Origin: an uncultured Gammaproteobacteria bacterium
GTDB taxonomy: Bacteria > Patescibacteriota > Patescibacteriia > SG8-24
NCBI GenBank assembly: GCA_964407925.1
Contig: CAYOXM010000004.1
Span: 12,389 to 76,388, forward strand
DNA: 64,000 nucleotides
Direction: 5' to 3'
The translations under genes and the position numbers were made by a program. The number at the start of each line of letters is the position of its first letter. The first letter of the stretch is position 1. The notes beneath the pieces were generated by a model. That model was not told where the DNA came from. It did not search any database and saw only the letters and a program-made list of their open reading frames with translations. Shown piece by piece: positions 21,601 through 31,227 of the stretch.

Positions 21601-23007
21601 GACGTCCTCGCGCGACGGGCACGGCCCGCAATTGCCGAACTTCCGCTTGCAATCGGTATCCGCGCAATCCTGCGGCCCGTCACCGTCGTCGTCGAAGGCG
21701 TTGCCGCAGTACTGATAGCGCTGGCCGAGGTCGAATTCCTTGTCGTAACAGACCTTGGAGGTGTCGAGCGGGTTGACGACGCCCTTGCAGTCGGTGTCGG
21801 CGCAATCCGAAAGGTGGTCGAGGTCGTCATCGACGCCGTTGAAGCACTGCGCGTCGGCATCAACGCCTCCCGCCGTCTTGTTCTCGCTCGCGGGGCAGGC
21901 GGCGTTGCCGGCGCAATCGTAATCCAGGCAGCGGAGCTCGCCGCCCACGGTGATTTCGCCGCCGGTCAGCGGCGCGTTGTCCCACGAGGGGTCGTAGCTC
22001 TTGTCCTTGTCGTTGTCGATGAAATCGGAGCAGCTCGTCTCCGTGGCGGGGCAGCCAAAAGCCGTTTTCTTCCAACAGATGGTGTTGACGTTGCCGCCCG
22101 CCGTCACGTCGAAGACGTTATCGACGCAGTCGGAAAGGCCGTCGGCGTCGTTGTCGAACGCGTCGCCGCACGTCGTAAGGCCGGTCTCGTTGCCGAACTG
22201 GCAAAGCGCCGTGCCCGACGGCTGCCCGACCTTGTTGTTGCAGCTGCTGTCGAGGCAGTCCGGCTTGCCGTCGGCGTCGTTGTCGAATCCGTCGTTGCAG
22301 GTGTTCTCCGGCTGCTCGCAGAGCGCGCCGCTCCCGACATTGCCCGTCTTGCCGGAACACTGCACGTCGGCACAGTCGCCGCCGAAGTCGAGATCGTTAT
22401 CGATGGCATCGGCGCAGGGGAAATCCATGCCCGAAATCGCGCCCCACGACGTCGATTCGTCACCGTTCGACGGCGCGCCCGCGTCGACGTAGAACGTGAG
22501 CGTCTGGCCGCCCGTATCGCCGTTCTGGATGACGCTCAGGCTGAAGTCGTAGGAACCCGCGGCGAGGCCGGAGAACTTCACGCTCATCACCTGGTCGACG
22601 ATGCACCCGGCGCATCCGTCGTTGTCCTTGCGCTCATAGGCGGTGCGTCCCGGATTCACGTCCTCGAGCGGCAGGATGACCGCGCTGTTCGTCGGATTCG
22701 CGTACTTGTCCCAAGTCGTGAAGGCGGGAAGGTCGAACAGGATGTACGAGACGAGACCCGCGGTGCTGTACACGCCGCCGTTCAGACGGACCTTGAGTTC
22801 GCCGCTCGGCGAAAGATGCTGGGTGTACGAGTAGTTCACGGTCTGCCCGCCGACGACCATCGATCCGGTACAGACGTTGCCCGCGCAGGGCGTGCCCGAG
22901 ACGAGCGCGCGCGCCGGCATGGCCGAACGCGCGCCAAACCAGACGACCGTCGCGAGGACGAAGGCCGACATGATGCCGATGGCGGTGGCGCGCGGGGCGG
23001 TCCTCAT
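18682..23007 (-). CDS. giant secreted repeat protein (1441 aa) with 9 or more MopE/thrombospondin-type-3-like Cys-framed Asp-rich repeats; candidate pilus-associated adhesin
   Basis: Start at MRTAPRATAIGIMSAFVLATVVWFGARSAMPARA (signal peptide). Repeats CADAIDNDLDFGGDCADVQC, CNDGFDNDADGKPDCLDSSC, CGDAFDNDADGLSDCVDN, CFNGVDDDLDHLSDCADTDC, CGNAFDDDGDGPQDCADTDC, CADGSDNDTDVIKDCADVTDC, CGDGFDNDSDAKVDCADSQC, CGDGKDNDGDAAIDCADSSC; later a TSP3-like 'QTDANANGVGDVCE' and Cys-rich segments. Confidence 0.8.
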   Translation of the reverse strand: MRTAPRATAIGIMSAFVLATVVWFGARSAMPARALVSGTPCAGNVCTGSMVVGGQTVNYSYTQHLSPSGELKVRLNGGVYSTAGLVSYILFDLPAFTTWDKYANPTNSAVILPLEDVNPGRTAYERKDNDGCAGCIVDQVMSVKFSGLAAGSYDFSLSVIQNGDTGGQTLTFYVDAGAPSNGDESTSWGAISGMDFPCADAIDNDLDFGGDCADVQCSGKTGNVGSGALCEQPENTCNDGFDNDADGKPDCLDSSCNNKVGQPSGTALCQFGNETGLTTCGDAFDNDADGLSDCVDNVFDVTAGGNVNTICWKKTAFGCPATETSCSDFIDNDKDKSYDPSWDNAPLTGGEITVGGELRCLDYDCAGNAACPASENKTAGGVDADAQCFNGVDDDLDHLSDCADTDCKGVVNPLDTSKVCYDKEFDLGQRYQYCGNAFDDDGDGPQDCADTDCKRKFGNCGPCPSREDVTYDSCADGSDNDTDVIKDCADVTDCAADAGAANRPNLGSLGHAAMCATAEDTNDECGDGFDNDSDAKVDCADSQCAGSLGPELQACQPAGESSCGDGKDNDGDAAIDCADSSCWGVGTCAPKNWTNATCQVVPRSTAPTAFTSNNPTVLATVRVAAHVSSTDVLRFTGSGTYSSVTIIVGDNTDAAKYYPYAAANPTCTLLDSVTGLPHARLTFLAVAGHAVQIYNTPGGNFGPFDVTLTCATPATPAATKNYPISISMLKQPGDVAEYGDVNFSTTLYESTVPTVIEVEPEAAMGGTIRVPYGVAPSLSQQMRMFRGVPTDPGGAPPLSSGICRCDVKINGTVFPTGPDCLTAPLLFPSDMALTIQARAEDGAGNLGAYFSAPAFSVNLTPALTSALTVTPGKPFFRTGNLKTTVSANFITAPGDSFNQPCEVYVRTPAGVVVGGPPGPVPPPTATFVGLIGGGTGNTMQCQAEVSLPTAIPDGMYYVTVGVRDSDGDTVESNRKAIFVCNDVPGPGDPDPGNGCAYADFDLDGASEGLYTTVYSTSPKACDNCVGLPNASQTDANANGVGDVCEPNKQYGRCRIDTEIVCECDSDEVCDYPCPGPSIGMDYSLLPPDHVDPQVCEPAWGLCTIGGQVCFDDTQCTDGGTAPGFPGYGLCQDGIKKCKRDVDCTDVMGSPACTGANRCENLLYPWLQTLQGNVFSKKRITAPDVPPANQYNATFCVTAKDVIINFNSAQTCDALAAAGAAGPNATVKFDRPKSGNAYSSVLGKLDLAGLRAGKFGTVIDVPPGQLDATLNSYSNRLGGKVFRVVGDATVGAHTIYNDGTKGNGTVFVDGGNLYVNGDFLYDTSTVTDLRQLASLGWIVVDDGSNAKGNVYVDGSVKNLVGAFYVGGDDGFWSVAPPLSDSPDPFTLHGLIVARQFHLSRSYKSVTQGSEQFVYDGRAVVNPPPGFGDVTKTLPIFADSAPQ

Positions 23008-24674
23008 GGTTTTTTGGTCACGTCGCCCGTCGCCCCGCAGCACAGGTCGCCGGACTGCGCGCCGGGGGAGAAGCAGTCGTCGGTTCCGCTCGCGTTATAC
23101 TTCGCCGCGCTCGTGCAGTCGCAATCGAAGTACCCGTCGTTGGCGTCGCCGTAGCCGCACTCGAGCCCGTCGACGATCTGATGGAGCGCGGGCTGGGAAA
23201 TCGTCCCCTGCCGCGTGCAGCACAGCGTCCCGCTCCCGAGCACGTAGGCGGGATCGGAGCAATCGATGATGCCGTCGCCCGCCTGACCCCAGGTGCACCG
23301 CGTGCGCGGCAGCGTCTGGCCCGAACACTGGTAGGACACGCCCTTGCAATAACGGTCAGCACAGTCGACGTACCCGTTCCCGTCGTTGTCGATCGTGTCG
23401 GCGCAGTTGCCCTCGACGGGAATGCCGCGCCGCATCGCGAGCGCGAACGACGCGTCGCCGGTGAAGTCGCACTGCGCGGCGTTCTTGAAGTAGTTGTCGG
23501 GAAAACCCGCGTTGCACTTGATGGCGAGATACTGGTCCTGCTGGGCGTCGAGGCCGGTCCAGGTGTTGCCGTGCGCGAATACCGGCTTGCGCGACGTCGT
23601 GGCGTCGATGATTTCGCGGCACTTGCCCGCGACTTCGTCGCAAATCTCCGTTCCCGCGGCGCATTGCGCGTCCGAAACGCAGGCCGACCCGTTCGCGTAC
23701 CCGGCGATGAGGCATTTGTTCAGGTACCAGAGGCTGTTCTGCTGGATGTTGTCCGCCGCGACCACCGTGTAGTCGAGCGTCGTGGTGCTGCCGCGCACGG
23801 TCGAGGTCATGACCTTGTTCACGATGCGCTTCGACGCGTCAGGGAGCAGGATCTCGCATTCCAGAAACTGATTTACGGCGGCGGAAAAACCCTGGAAGGT
23901 CACGGACATCTTGTTCCGGTGGGTGCCGGGGTACGTGCACGTCCCCGCGACGGTATCGCACTTGAGGAGCGGCGGCGTCGTGCAGTTCGCGTCGCTCACG
24001 CACGGCGGCATCGCCGTCGCGGTCGGTTCGTATATGCCCTCGGGACGCCGGACGGTGCCGAGGTCCGCAAGCACCCACGACGTGTTGGCGATACTGAAAT
24101 CGATCCAACCAATGCCGGTGCCGTCGGAATTGCCGCTCCACGCCCAGTGGTCGCCCGCCGCGCCTTTGGTGAAGTTGCCGTTCACGTTGTTGAGCACGAC
24201 GTGGTAATTGGAGGTCACGCAGTCGTCCGCGCCGACGTCTTTGTCGCAATTCAGCGAAATCCAGCCGTTCGCGCCGAGACTGACCACTTGCGCCCATCCC
24301 CAGAACTGATCCTGTTTGGCGTTGAACGTGCCGCGGTACTGCGCGTACGGCGCGCCGCCCTCCGGCGTCGTGCCCGTGCAGGTCGTGCCGAAGCAGATCC
24401 ACCCCATCGTTTCCGACCACGCCCAGCCGGTGAGGTCGCCGCGATCGGGGAAGCCGGGGGCGTTATCGATTGCCAAACCGTAATCCGCCGTCGCACAAGT
24501 AGCGTCGTTCGTGCAGTTGAGCGAGACCCAACCGATGGTTCCCGACCACGCCCAGCCGGTGACGTTGTCGGAGGTACCGGCGAACGCGCCTTGCGCGGCA
24601 AAAAAAACTCCGGCGGTAACGCCCAGCATTACCGAAAAAAATCGTATGGCGGCTCCCTTAAAAATGGGTCCCAT
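23004..24674 (-). CDS. secreted repeat protein (556 aa) with 4x GWAWS...GWI(S/D)(L/F) repeats and one MopE-like motif
   Basis: Start MGPIFKGAAIRFFSVMLGVTAGVFFAAQGAFA (signal peptide). Repeats TGWAWSGTIGWVSLNC, TGWAWSETMGWICFG, FWGWAQVVSLGANGWISLNC, DHWAWSGNSDGTGIGWIDFS; CADTIDNDGNGYVDCADRYC. Stop overlaps the giant-protein start (ATGA). Confidence 0.75.
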   Translation of the reverse strand: MGPIFKGAAIRFFSVMLGVTAGVFFAAQGAFAGTSDNVTGWAWSGTIGWVSLNCTNDATCATADYGLAIDNAPGFPDRGDLTGWAWSETMGWICFGTTCTGTTPEGGAPYAQYRGTFNAKQDQFWGWAQVVSLGANGWISLNCDKDVGADDCVTSNYHVVLNNVNGNFTKGAAGDHWAWSGNSDGTGIGWIDFSIANTSWVLADLGTVRRPEGIYEPTATAMPPCVSDANCTTPPLLKCDTVAGTCTYPGTHRNKMSVTFQGFSAAVNQFLECEILLPDASKRIVNKVMTSTVRGSTTTLDYTVVAADNIQQNSLWYLNKCLIAGYANGSACVSDAQCAAGTEICDEVAGKCREIIDATTSRKPVFAHGNTWTGLDAQQDQYLAIKCNAGFPDNYFKNAAQCDFTGDASFALAMRRGIPVEGNCADTIDNDGNGYVDCADRYCKGVSYQCSGQTLPRTRCTWGQAGDGIIDCSDPAYVLGSGTLCCTRQGTISQPALHQIVDGLECGYGDANDGYFDCDCTSAAKYNASGTDDCFSPGAQSGDLCCGATGDVTKKP

Positions 24675-24691
24675 ACTCGTGCTTGAGTATA
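24675..24691 (-). promoter_or_regulatory. TATACT -10 box 11 nt upstream of the GWAWS-repeat protein ATG (leaderless or short-leader transcript?)
   Basis: Minus strand ...TTTTTCGTGCTATACTCAAGCACGAGT-ATG; no SD. Confidence 0.35.
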
Positions 24692-24694
24692 GCA

Positions 24695-24725
24695 CGAAAA
24701 ATAGCCGATTTCACGGCTATTTTTA
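24695..24725. terminator. rho-independent terminator after rnhA (perfect 11-bp stem)
   Basis: AAAAATAGCCG-atttca-CGGCTATTTTT; on the minus strand the hairpin is followed by TTTTTCG. It lies between the rnhA stop and the GWAWS-protein start. Confidence 0.75.
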
Positions 24726-24748
24726 CCCCTGTGGACAGTTTTTTCGCC

Positions 24749-25153
24749 TTACGACGAATGACGGTCGAGCGCCTCATTGACGAGCCGGTCGGCGTCCTTG
24801 TTTTTTTCCCGCCGAACGTGGGTGAAACGCACTTTTTTGAAGCCCAATTTCAGGTTATGGACGCGCATGAAGAGCGCCGCGATGCCGGGGTTGCGGACGC
24901 GGTACTCGCCGTTGAGCTGTTTTACGGCCAGCTCCGAGTCCATGTACATCTCGACCTCATCGGCACCGAGCTCCTTGGCATGCTCGAGTCCGTCGATGAT
25001 CGCCATGTATTCGGCGTAATTGTTGGTCTGGGTCCCGAGGAAGCGGCCGTGCTCCTTGAGGACGGTGCCGTCCTCGGCGGTAAGGTAGGCGCCGCAGGCC
25101 GCAGGCCCCGGATTGCCGCGGCTGCCGCCGTCGGTGTGAATGATGATTTTCAT
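24749..25153 (-). CDS. rnhA: ribonuclease HI
   Basis: Start MKIIIHTDGGSRGNPGPAACG (RNase H type 1 DEDD catalytic region: TDGGS..., EYMAI, NKDADRL). Confidence 0.85.
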   Translation of the reverse strand: MKIIIHTDGGSRGNPGPAACGAYLTAEDGTVLKEHGRFLGTQTNNYAEYMAIIDGLEHAKELGADEVEMYMDSELAVKQLNGEYRVRNPGIAALFMRVHNLKLGFKKVRFTHVRREKNKDADRLVNEALDRHSS

Positions 25154-25245
25154 TGGCTGAGGTTCAGAGCTTGAGGGTTCAGAGGTCAAAGGTTTACACG
25201 CTCTAACCTTTGAAGCTCTGAAACTCTACCCTTTTCTTCCGTCTG
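25154..25245 (-). repeat. intergenic imperfect-palindrome element B, abutting rnhA ATG and containing the recJ stop codon
   Basis: Plus strand: GAGGTTCAGAGCTTGAGGGTTCAGAGGTCAAAGGTT-tacacgctct-AACCTTTGAAGCTCTGAAACTCTACCCTTTTC. Long imperfect hairpin; recJ reads through it, and the TGA stop lies in AGGTCAAAGG. Confidence 0.7.
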
Positions 25246-26985
25246 CCGCACGTCGACAAGCTTGAGTTGGATTTCCTTGCGGCCGTTCCAGGCGTTGATG
25301 CCGATCTCGACGACCGCGTCGACGGTCATGCCGGGCATCAGCCCCTCCGCCTTTTCGACAAAATTAAAACCGATGAGCTTCGCCTCCTTGGGAAGGTCGC
25401 CGCGCGCGGTCATGCGGACGGTCTTGCCGTTCTTGCCGATCATGTCGACCGCGGAGAGCAGCAGGCCGCGGAGCAGGAATTTCGGCCGCGGGTTGCCCTC
25501 GCCGAAGGGTTCGAGCTTGGCAAGCCAGTCGACGAGTTCCCACGTCACCTGACTCATGCGGAGTTCCGCGTCGATGTCGACGACGGGACGCAAATCCTTG
25601 CCGGCGAGCTGCTCCTCGGCGTAGGCCTCGATCGCCGCGACGAACCCGCGGTAATTTTCCTCCCCCTCGATGGTGAGGCCGCAGGCTTGCGGGTGACCGC
25701 CGTAGCGCGCGAGAAATTTCTGCGCGCCGTCCATGCCGGCGACGAGATTGAACCCGGGGACGCTGCGCCCGGAACCGACGATATGCCCGTCGTCGTTGCC
25801 GAAGACGAACGCCGGAACGCCGAATTCGGCGGTGATCTTCCCGGCGACGAGTCCGACGATGCCCGCCGACCAGCCGTCACCGCAGACGCAGTGGACCTTG
25901 CGGCCCGGCGGCGCGGCGGCGACTTCGGCGCGCGCGGCATTCATGATCTGCTCGGTGTATTTCTGGCGGTCGCGGTTCACCTGGTCGAGCTTGGCCGCCG
26001 CGGCGGTCGCCTCCTCGTCGGTCTCGGCCATCAGGCACTTGAACGCGAGCTCGGCGTGCTCCATGCGCGAGGCGGCGTTGATGCGCGGTCCGATGGAGAA
26101 ACCGACCGACGTCGTGTCGAGCGAACCGAACTCGAGCCCCGCGACTTCGATCAGCTTGCGCAGCCCCGGACGCCGCGTCTTGTTGAGCACCACGAGGCCG
26201 TACCGCTCGAGCGTGCGGTTCTCCCCGACGAGCGGCATCACGTCGGTGACGGTCGCGATGGAGACGAGGTCCAGGAGCCACTTGTCGTACCCCGGCTCAA
26301 ACGGCGAGCCCTGCTTGGCGCAATACGCGATAAACCCGCAGGCGAACTTGAACGCCACGCCGACCGCGGCGAGCTTCTTGTACGGATACGTCTCGCCATC
26401 GACGAGCGGGTGCAGGATGACGCACTCAGGGATGCGTTCGGGAATCTGGTGATGGTCAACGACGATGGTGTCCATCCCCTTTTCCGACGCAAGCGCGATC
26501 TCGGCAGCGCAGCCGATGCCGCAATCGACGGTGATCATCACCCTGTTACCCGCGGCCGCGAGCGCCTCGACCGTCGCCGGCCGCACGCCGTAGCCTTCTT
26601 TTTCGCGATGCGGGATGTAGCTCGTGAAGAGCGACGGATCCTTGCCGAGACGTTTTGCCGCGTCACGGAAGGTGGTCATGAGCACGACCGAACCCGTCAC
26701 GCCGTCAGCGTCGTAGTCGCCGTGAATGACGACCTTTTCGCCATCACGAATCGCGCGCCAGACGCGCTCGCAGGCCCGTTCCATGTCGCGGAAAAGGTAC
26801 GGGTCGTGGATGTCCTGGCCGTAGTCAGGCAAAAGGAACTCGTCCACCGCTTCTTGCGTGGTGATGCCGCGGTTCGCAAGGAGCGCAAGCGCGACGGGAT
26901 GGATTTCGGGAAATCGGGCGCGCAGTTCCTCGGACGGAGGCGGCGCGACCTGCCAGCGGGATCGCATAACCCGTTCAGCATACAC
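25186..26985 (-). CDS. recJ: single-stranded-DNA-specific exonuclease RecJ
   Basis: 599 aa; DHH motifs (VIHGDYDADGV, DHH), DHHA1 domain. The C-terminal ~20 aa and the stop codon lie inside intergenic repeat element B. Confidence 0.9.
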   Translation of the reverse strand: MYAERVMRSRWQVAPPPSEELRARFPEIHPVALALLANRGITTQEAVDEFLLPDYGQDIHDPYLFRDMERACERVWRAIRDGEKVVIHGDYDADGVTGSVVLMTTFRDAAKRLGKDPSLFTSYIPHREKEGYGVRPATVEALAAAGNRVMITVDCGIGCAAEIALASEKGMDTIVVDHHQIPERIPECVILHPLVDGETYPYKKLAAVGVAFKFACGFIAYCAKQGSPFEPGYDKWLLDLVSIATVTDVMPLVGENRTLERYGLVVLNKTRRPGLRKLIEVAGLEFGSLDTTSVGFSIGPRINAASRMEHAELAFKCLMAETDEEATAAAAKLDQVNRDRQKYTEQIMNAARAEVAAAPPGRKVHCVCGDGWSAGIVGLVAGKITAEFGVPAFVFGNDDGHIVGSGRSVPGFNLVAGMDGAQKFLARYGGHPQACGLTIEGEENYRGFVAAIEAYAEEQLAGKDLRPVVDIDAELRMSQVTWELVDWLAKLEPFGEGNPRPKFLLRGLLLSAVDMIGKNGKTVRMTARGDLPKEAKLIGFNFVEKAEGLMPGMTVDAVVEIGINAWNGRKEIQLKLVDVRQTEEKGRVSELQRLERVNL

Positions 26986-27011
26986 GAGCGTCGCGGTTCG
27001 GGGCAGGCACG

Positions 27012-27038
27012 AAAAAGCGCCCCGCGCAAGGGGCGCTT
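27012..27038 (-). terminator. rho-independent terminator downstream of lepA/small ORF
   Basis: Minus strand GCGCCCCTTGCGCGGGGCGC followed by TTTTTCG. Confidence 0.7.
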
Positions 27039-27044
27039 CCGCCG

Positions 27045-27191
27045 CTAGCTCGTGAACGCCGGGGAGATCATCCCCATGACGGTCACGATGGCGACGAACG
27101 CGTAGAGGGCGATGACGAGCGCGCGCTTGACGGCGCGCTTGCGAATTTTCGTCTTGGAAAGCGTCGGAAACGTGAGTGCGGGGAACTTCAT
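27045..27191 (-). CDS. possible small hydrophobic protein (48 aa)
   Basis: Hand-found ORF (below the track's size cut-off): MKFPALTFPTLSKTKIRKRAVKRALVIALYAFVAIVTVMGMISPAFTS, followed by a strong terminator hairpin. Coding status unproven. Confidence 0.25.
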   Translation of the reverse strand: MKFPALTFPTLSKTKIRKRAVKRALVIALYAFVAIVTVMGMISPAFTS

Positions 27192-27201
27192 TGCGGTACG
27201 G

Positions 27202-29007
<1,806 letters not shown>

Positions 29008-29013
29008 AGGACG

Positions 29014-30645
29014 CTATGACTCCGGAGTCAGGTTCTCCCCCTCCTGGCGGATGCCGGCGGGAATGACGGCGACGCGGCGGCGGAGCATGGCGACCGCCAT
29101 CTTCGCCTCCTCGAGACCGAGCGCCGACGCGACCGCGACGTAGGTCATGATGCCGGCGACGCCGGCGACCGCGCCCTGCGTGAGGATGCCGACGAACGAA
29201 CGCATGTCGACCGCGCTGCCGAGCACGACCTTCGCCGTCTGTACCGCCGCGGCCATGCAGAGCGCCGCGACGCTCATGAGCGCGAGGTCGCGGAACATCC
29301 GCCGCTCGTCGAGGTCGCCCGTACGATGACGCAGGTACGCCCAGAGCAGGACGAAATTCAGGATGCAGCCCGCGGAAAACGCGAGGGCGAGGCCGGGCGT
29401 GCCCATCCCGAGCGCGACGAGCTTCCAGGCGATGACACGTTCGAAGACGACGGAGGCCGCCGCGGCGAAGAGCGGCGTGCGCATGTCCCGGATGGCGAAG
29501 AAGGCGCGCGCGACGAGGGGCAGGAGCGCCTGCGCGAAGAGCGACAGCGTGAAAAACGAGAGCGTGTCGGCGGTATCGACGGTGTCCTTCCAGTCGAACC
29601 GCCCGGTACCGAGCACGACGCGGACGATCTGCGCGCGCAGAAGCAGCAGGAGGATAGTCGCGGGGACCACGAGGAACAGGACCGTCCGCACCGTCTTGGC
29701 GAAGGCAGCGACGAATTCGCCGTTCTTCCCTTTCGCGGCGAGCTCGGATATCAGCGGGAACGCTGCGACGGCGAACGAGATGCCGAGGACGCCGACCGGG
29801 AAGCTTTGCAGGTTGTTCGCGAGGCTGAACGTGGCGAGGCCTCCCGCGCCGACGGTCGAGGCGATTCCCGTGAGCAGGAGGAGGTTGACCTGGCTCACGG
29901 CAAGCGTCGCGGTACGCGGCAGCATCAGCCTGCCGATTTCGCGGACGCCCTCGTCGTGAAACGCGAGACGCGGCCGGTAGCGGTAGCCGAGGCCGCGGCA
30001 GGCGGCGAGCTGGAAGGCGAAATGCAGGAACGACCCCGCCGCCACGCCGACGGCGACGCCCTCTATGCCGAGCGACGGCGCGAGCGCGACGACGCCGACG
30101 ATGATGCCGACGTTGTAGGCGATCGGCGCGAGCGCGTACACGAGAAAACGGCGATGCGTCTGCAAGATTCCGCCGAGTACGCTCGACAGGCCGAGAAATA
30201 CCGGGGAAAGGAACATCACGCGCGTGAGTCCGACGGCGAGCTCGCGCTGGCCGTTTCCGAATCCCGGCGTCAAGAACGGCACGATGACGCCCGCGAAGAT
30301 GATGCCGAGCGCGGAAAGCGCGATCAGCGCGAGACCGAGGATCGTGAGAAGCGACGATGCGAGGTCGTTCGCGGCGTCGTTCCCCCGTTCGCCGTCAGCG
30401 AGAAATTTCGAAAACACGGGGATGAATCCCGCCGTGATGGCGCCGAGGACGAAAAGGTTGTAGATGAAATCCGGCGCACGAAAGGCGGCATAATACGCAT
30501 CCAGCTCCGGCCCGGCGCCGAACGTGCCAGAAAGCAGCCGGTCGCGGATGACACCGGCCAGGCGGCTGACAAGCGATGCCGCTCCCAGGAGAAACGCGGC
30601 AAAGGTCACGGTCGTGGATTTCAGCCCGAGGACCCGCTTCAACAT
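29014..30645 (-). CDS. murJ: lipid II flippase MurJ (MviN)
   Basis: ~540-aa polytopic membrane protein with MurJ/MOP-superfamily features; start at MLKRVLGLKS. Confidence 0.85.
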   Translation of the reverse strand: MLKRVLGLKSTTVTFAAFLLGAASLVSRLAGVIRDRLLSGTFGAGPELDAYYAAFRAPDFIYNLFVLGAITAGFIPVFSKFLADGERGNDAANDLASSLLTILGLALIALSALGIIFAGVIVPFLTPGFGNGQRELAVGLTRVMFLSPVFLGLSSVLGGILQTHRRFLVYALAPIAYNVGIIVGVVALAPSLGIEGVAVGVAAGSFLHFAFQLAACRGLGYRYRPRLAFHDEGVREIGRLMLPRTATLAVSQVNLLLLTGIASTVGAGGLATFSLANNLQSFPVGVLGISFAVAAFPLISELAAKGKNGEFVAAFAKTVRTVLFLVVPATILLLLLRAQIVRVVLGTGRFDWKDTVDTADTLSFFTLSLFAQALLPLVARAFFAIRDMRTPLFAAAASVVFERVIAWKLVALGMGTPGLALAFSAGCILNFVLLWAYLRHRTGDLDERRMFRDLALMSVAALCMAAAVQTAKVVLGSAVDMRSFVGILTQGAVAGVAGIMTYVAVASALGLEEAKMAVAMLRRRVAVIPAGIRQEGENLTPES

Positions 30646-30804
30646 AGATGAAACTCCGGGCACCGATGCGGCATCCGAATCCGGTTGAGTATAAGCAGAA
30701 AATAAGGCGAAAGCAAGGGAGCACCCGTGTGAACTTGACCTGACGGCCGTTCATTGCGCAGGATAAGGCGGCCGTCCTCCGAAACGGCAGAAATAGAGGA
30801 CCGG

Positions 30805-31200
30805 ATGGACCGAGAAAAACGCCTGCTCGCCTGCGAAACCGCCGGCTCTATCGCCTGGTTCGCCATGGACGCGAGCTGGATGCTGGGCCTGCCGGTCCCG
30901 GCCGCCAGCCTCGCCGTTCCGACGGTGCTGCTCAACCTGCTCATTTTCCGGTGGACCGTCCGGACCTGGCCGAACCTGCTCGTCACCGCGGCGATGGCCG
31001 CATGGGCCTGCATGAACGTCCTGTGGATGTGCGCCGACCTGAAGCTCGTCGCCTGGGGACTCCCCGTCGCGAAGGGCTTCTGCGTCGCCGGCGGCATCCT
31101 CCTCGCCGCCGCGCTCATCGGCGCGACGCGCTGGACTGACGCGCTCGAGGCGCTCCTGCGACGGTTCCGCCGGCTGCGTCTCCGCAGCCGCGAAAAATAA
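30805..31200 (+). CDS. hypothetical small integral membrane protein
   Basis: Internal Met start (MDREKRLLACE...) of ORF 30754..31200; four predicted TM helices. One of the few plus-strand genes; followed by a bidirectional terminator. Confidence 0.5.
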   Translation: MDREKRLLACETAGSIAWFAMDASWMLGLPVPAASLAVPTVLLNLLIFRWTVRTWPNLLVTAAMAAWACMNVLWMCADLKLVAWGLPVAKGFCVAGGILLAAALIGATRWTDALEALLRRFRRLRLRSREK

Positions 31201-31227
31201 ACGGTCCGCCCAGGGCGGACCGTTTTC
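31201..31227. terminator. bidirectional terminator between convergent membrane-protein gene and ackA
   Basis: ACGGTCCGCCC-AGG-GCGGACCGT followed by TTTTCTT on plus; A-rich/T-rich on the other side. Confidence 0.75.

Noticed and set aside
21130-23154. 674-aa plus-strand ORF antisense to the giant repeat protein
   Set aside because: Arg/Ala/Val/Gly-rich with no motifs; the minus-strand frame encodes a signal peptide plus regular Cys/Asp repeats.
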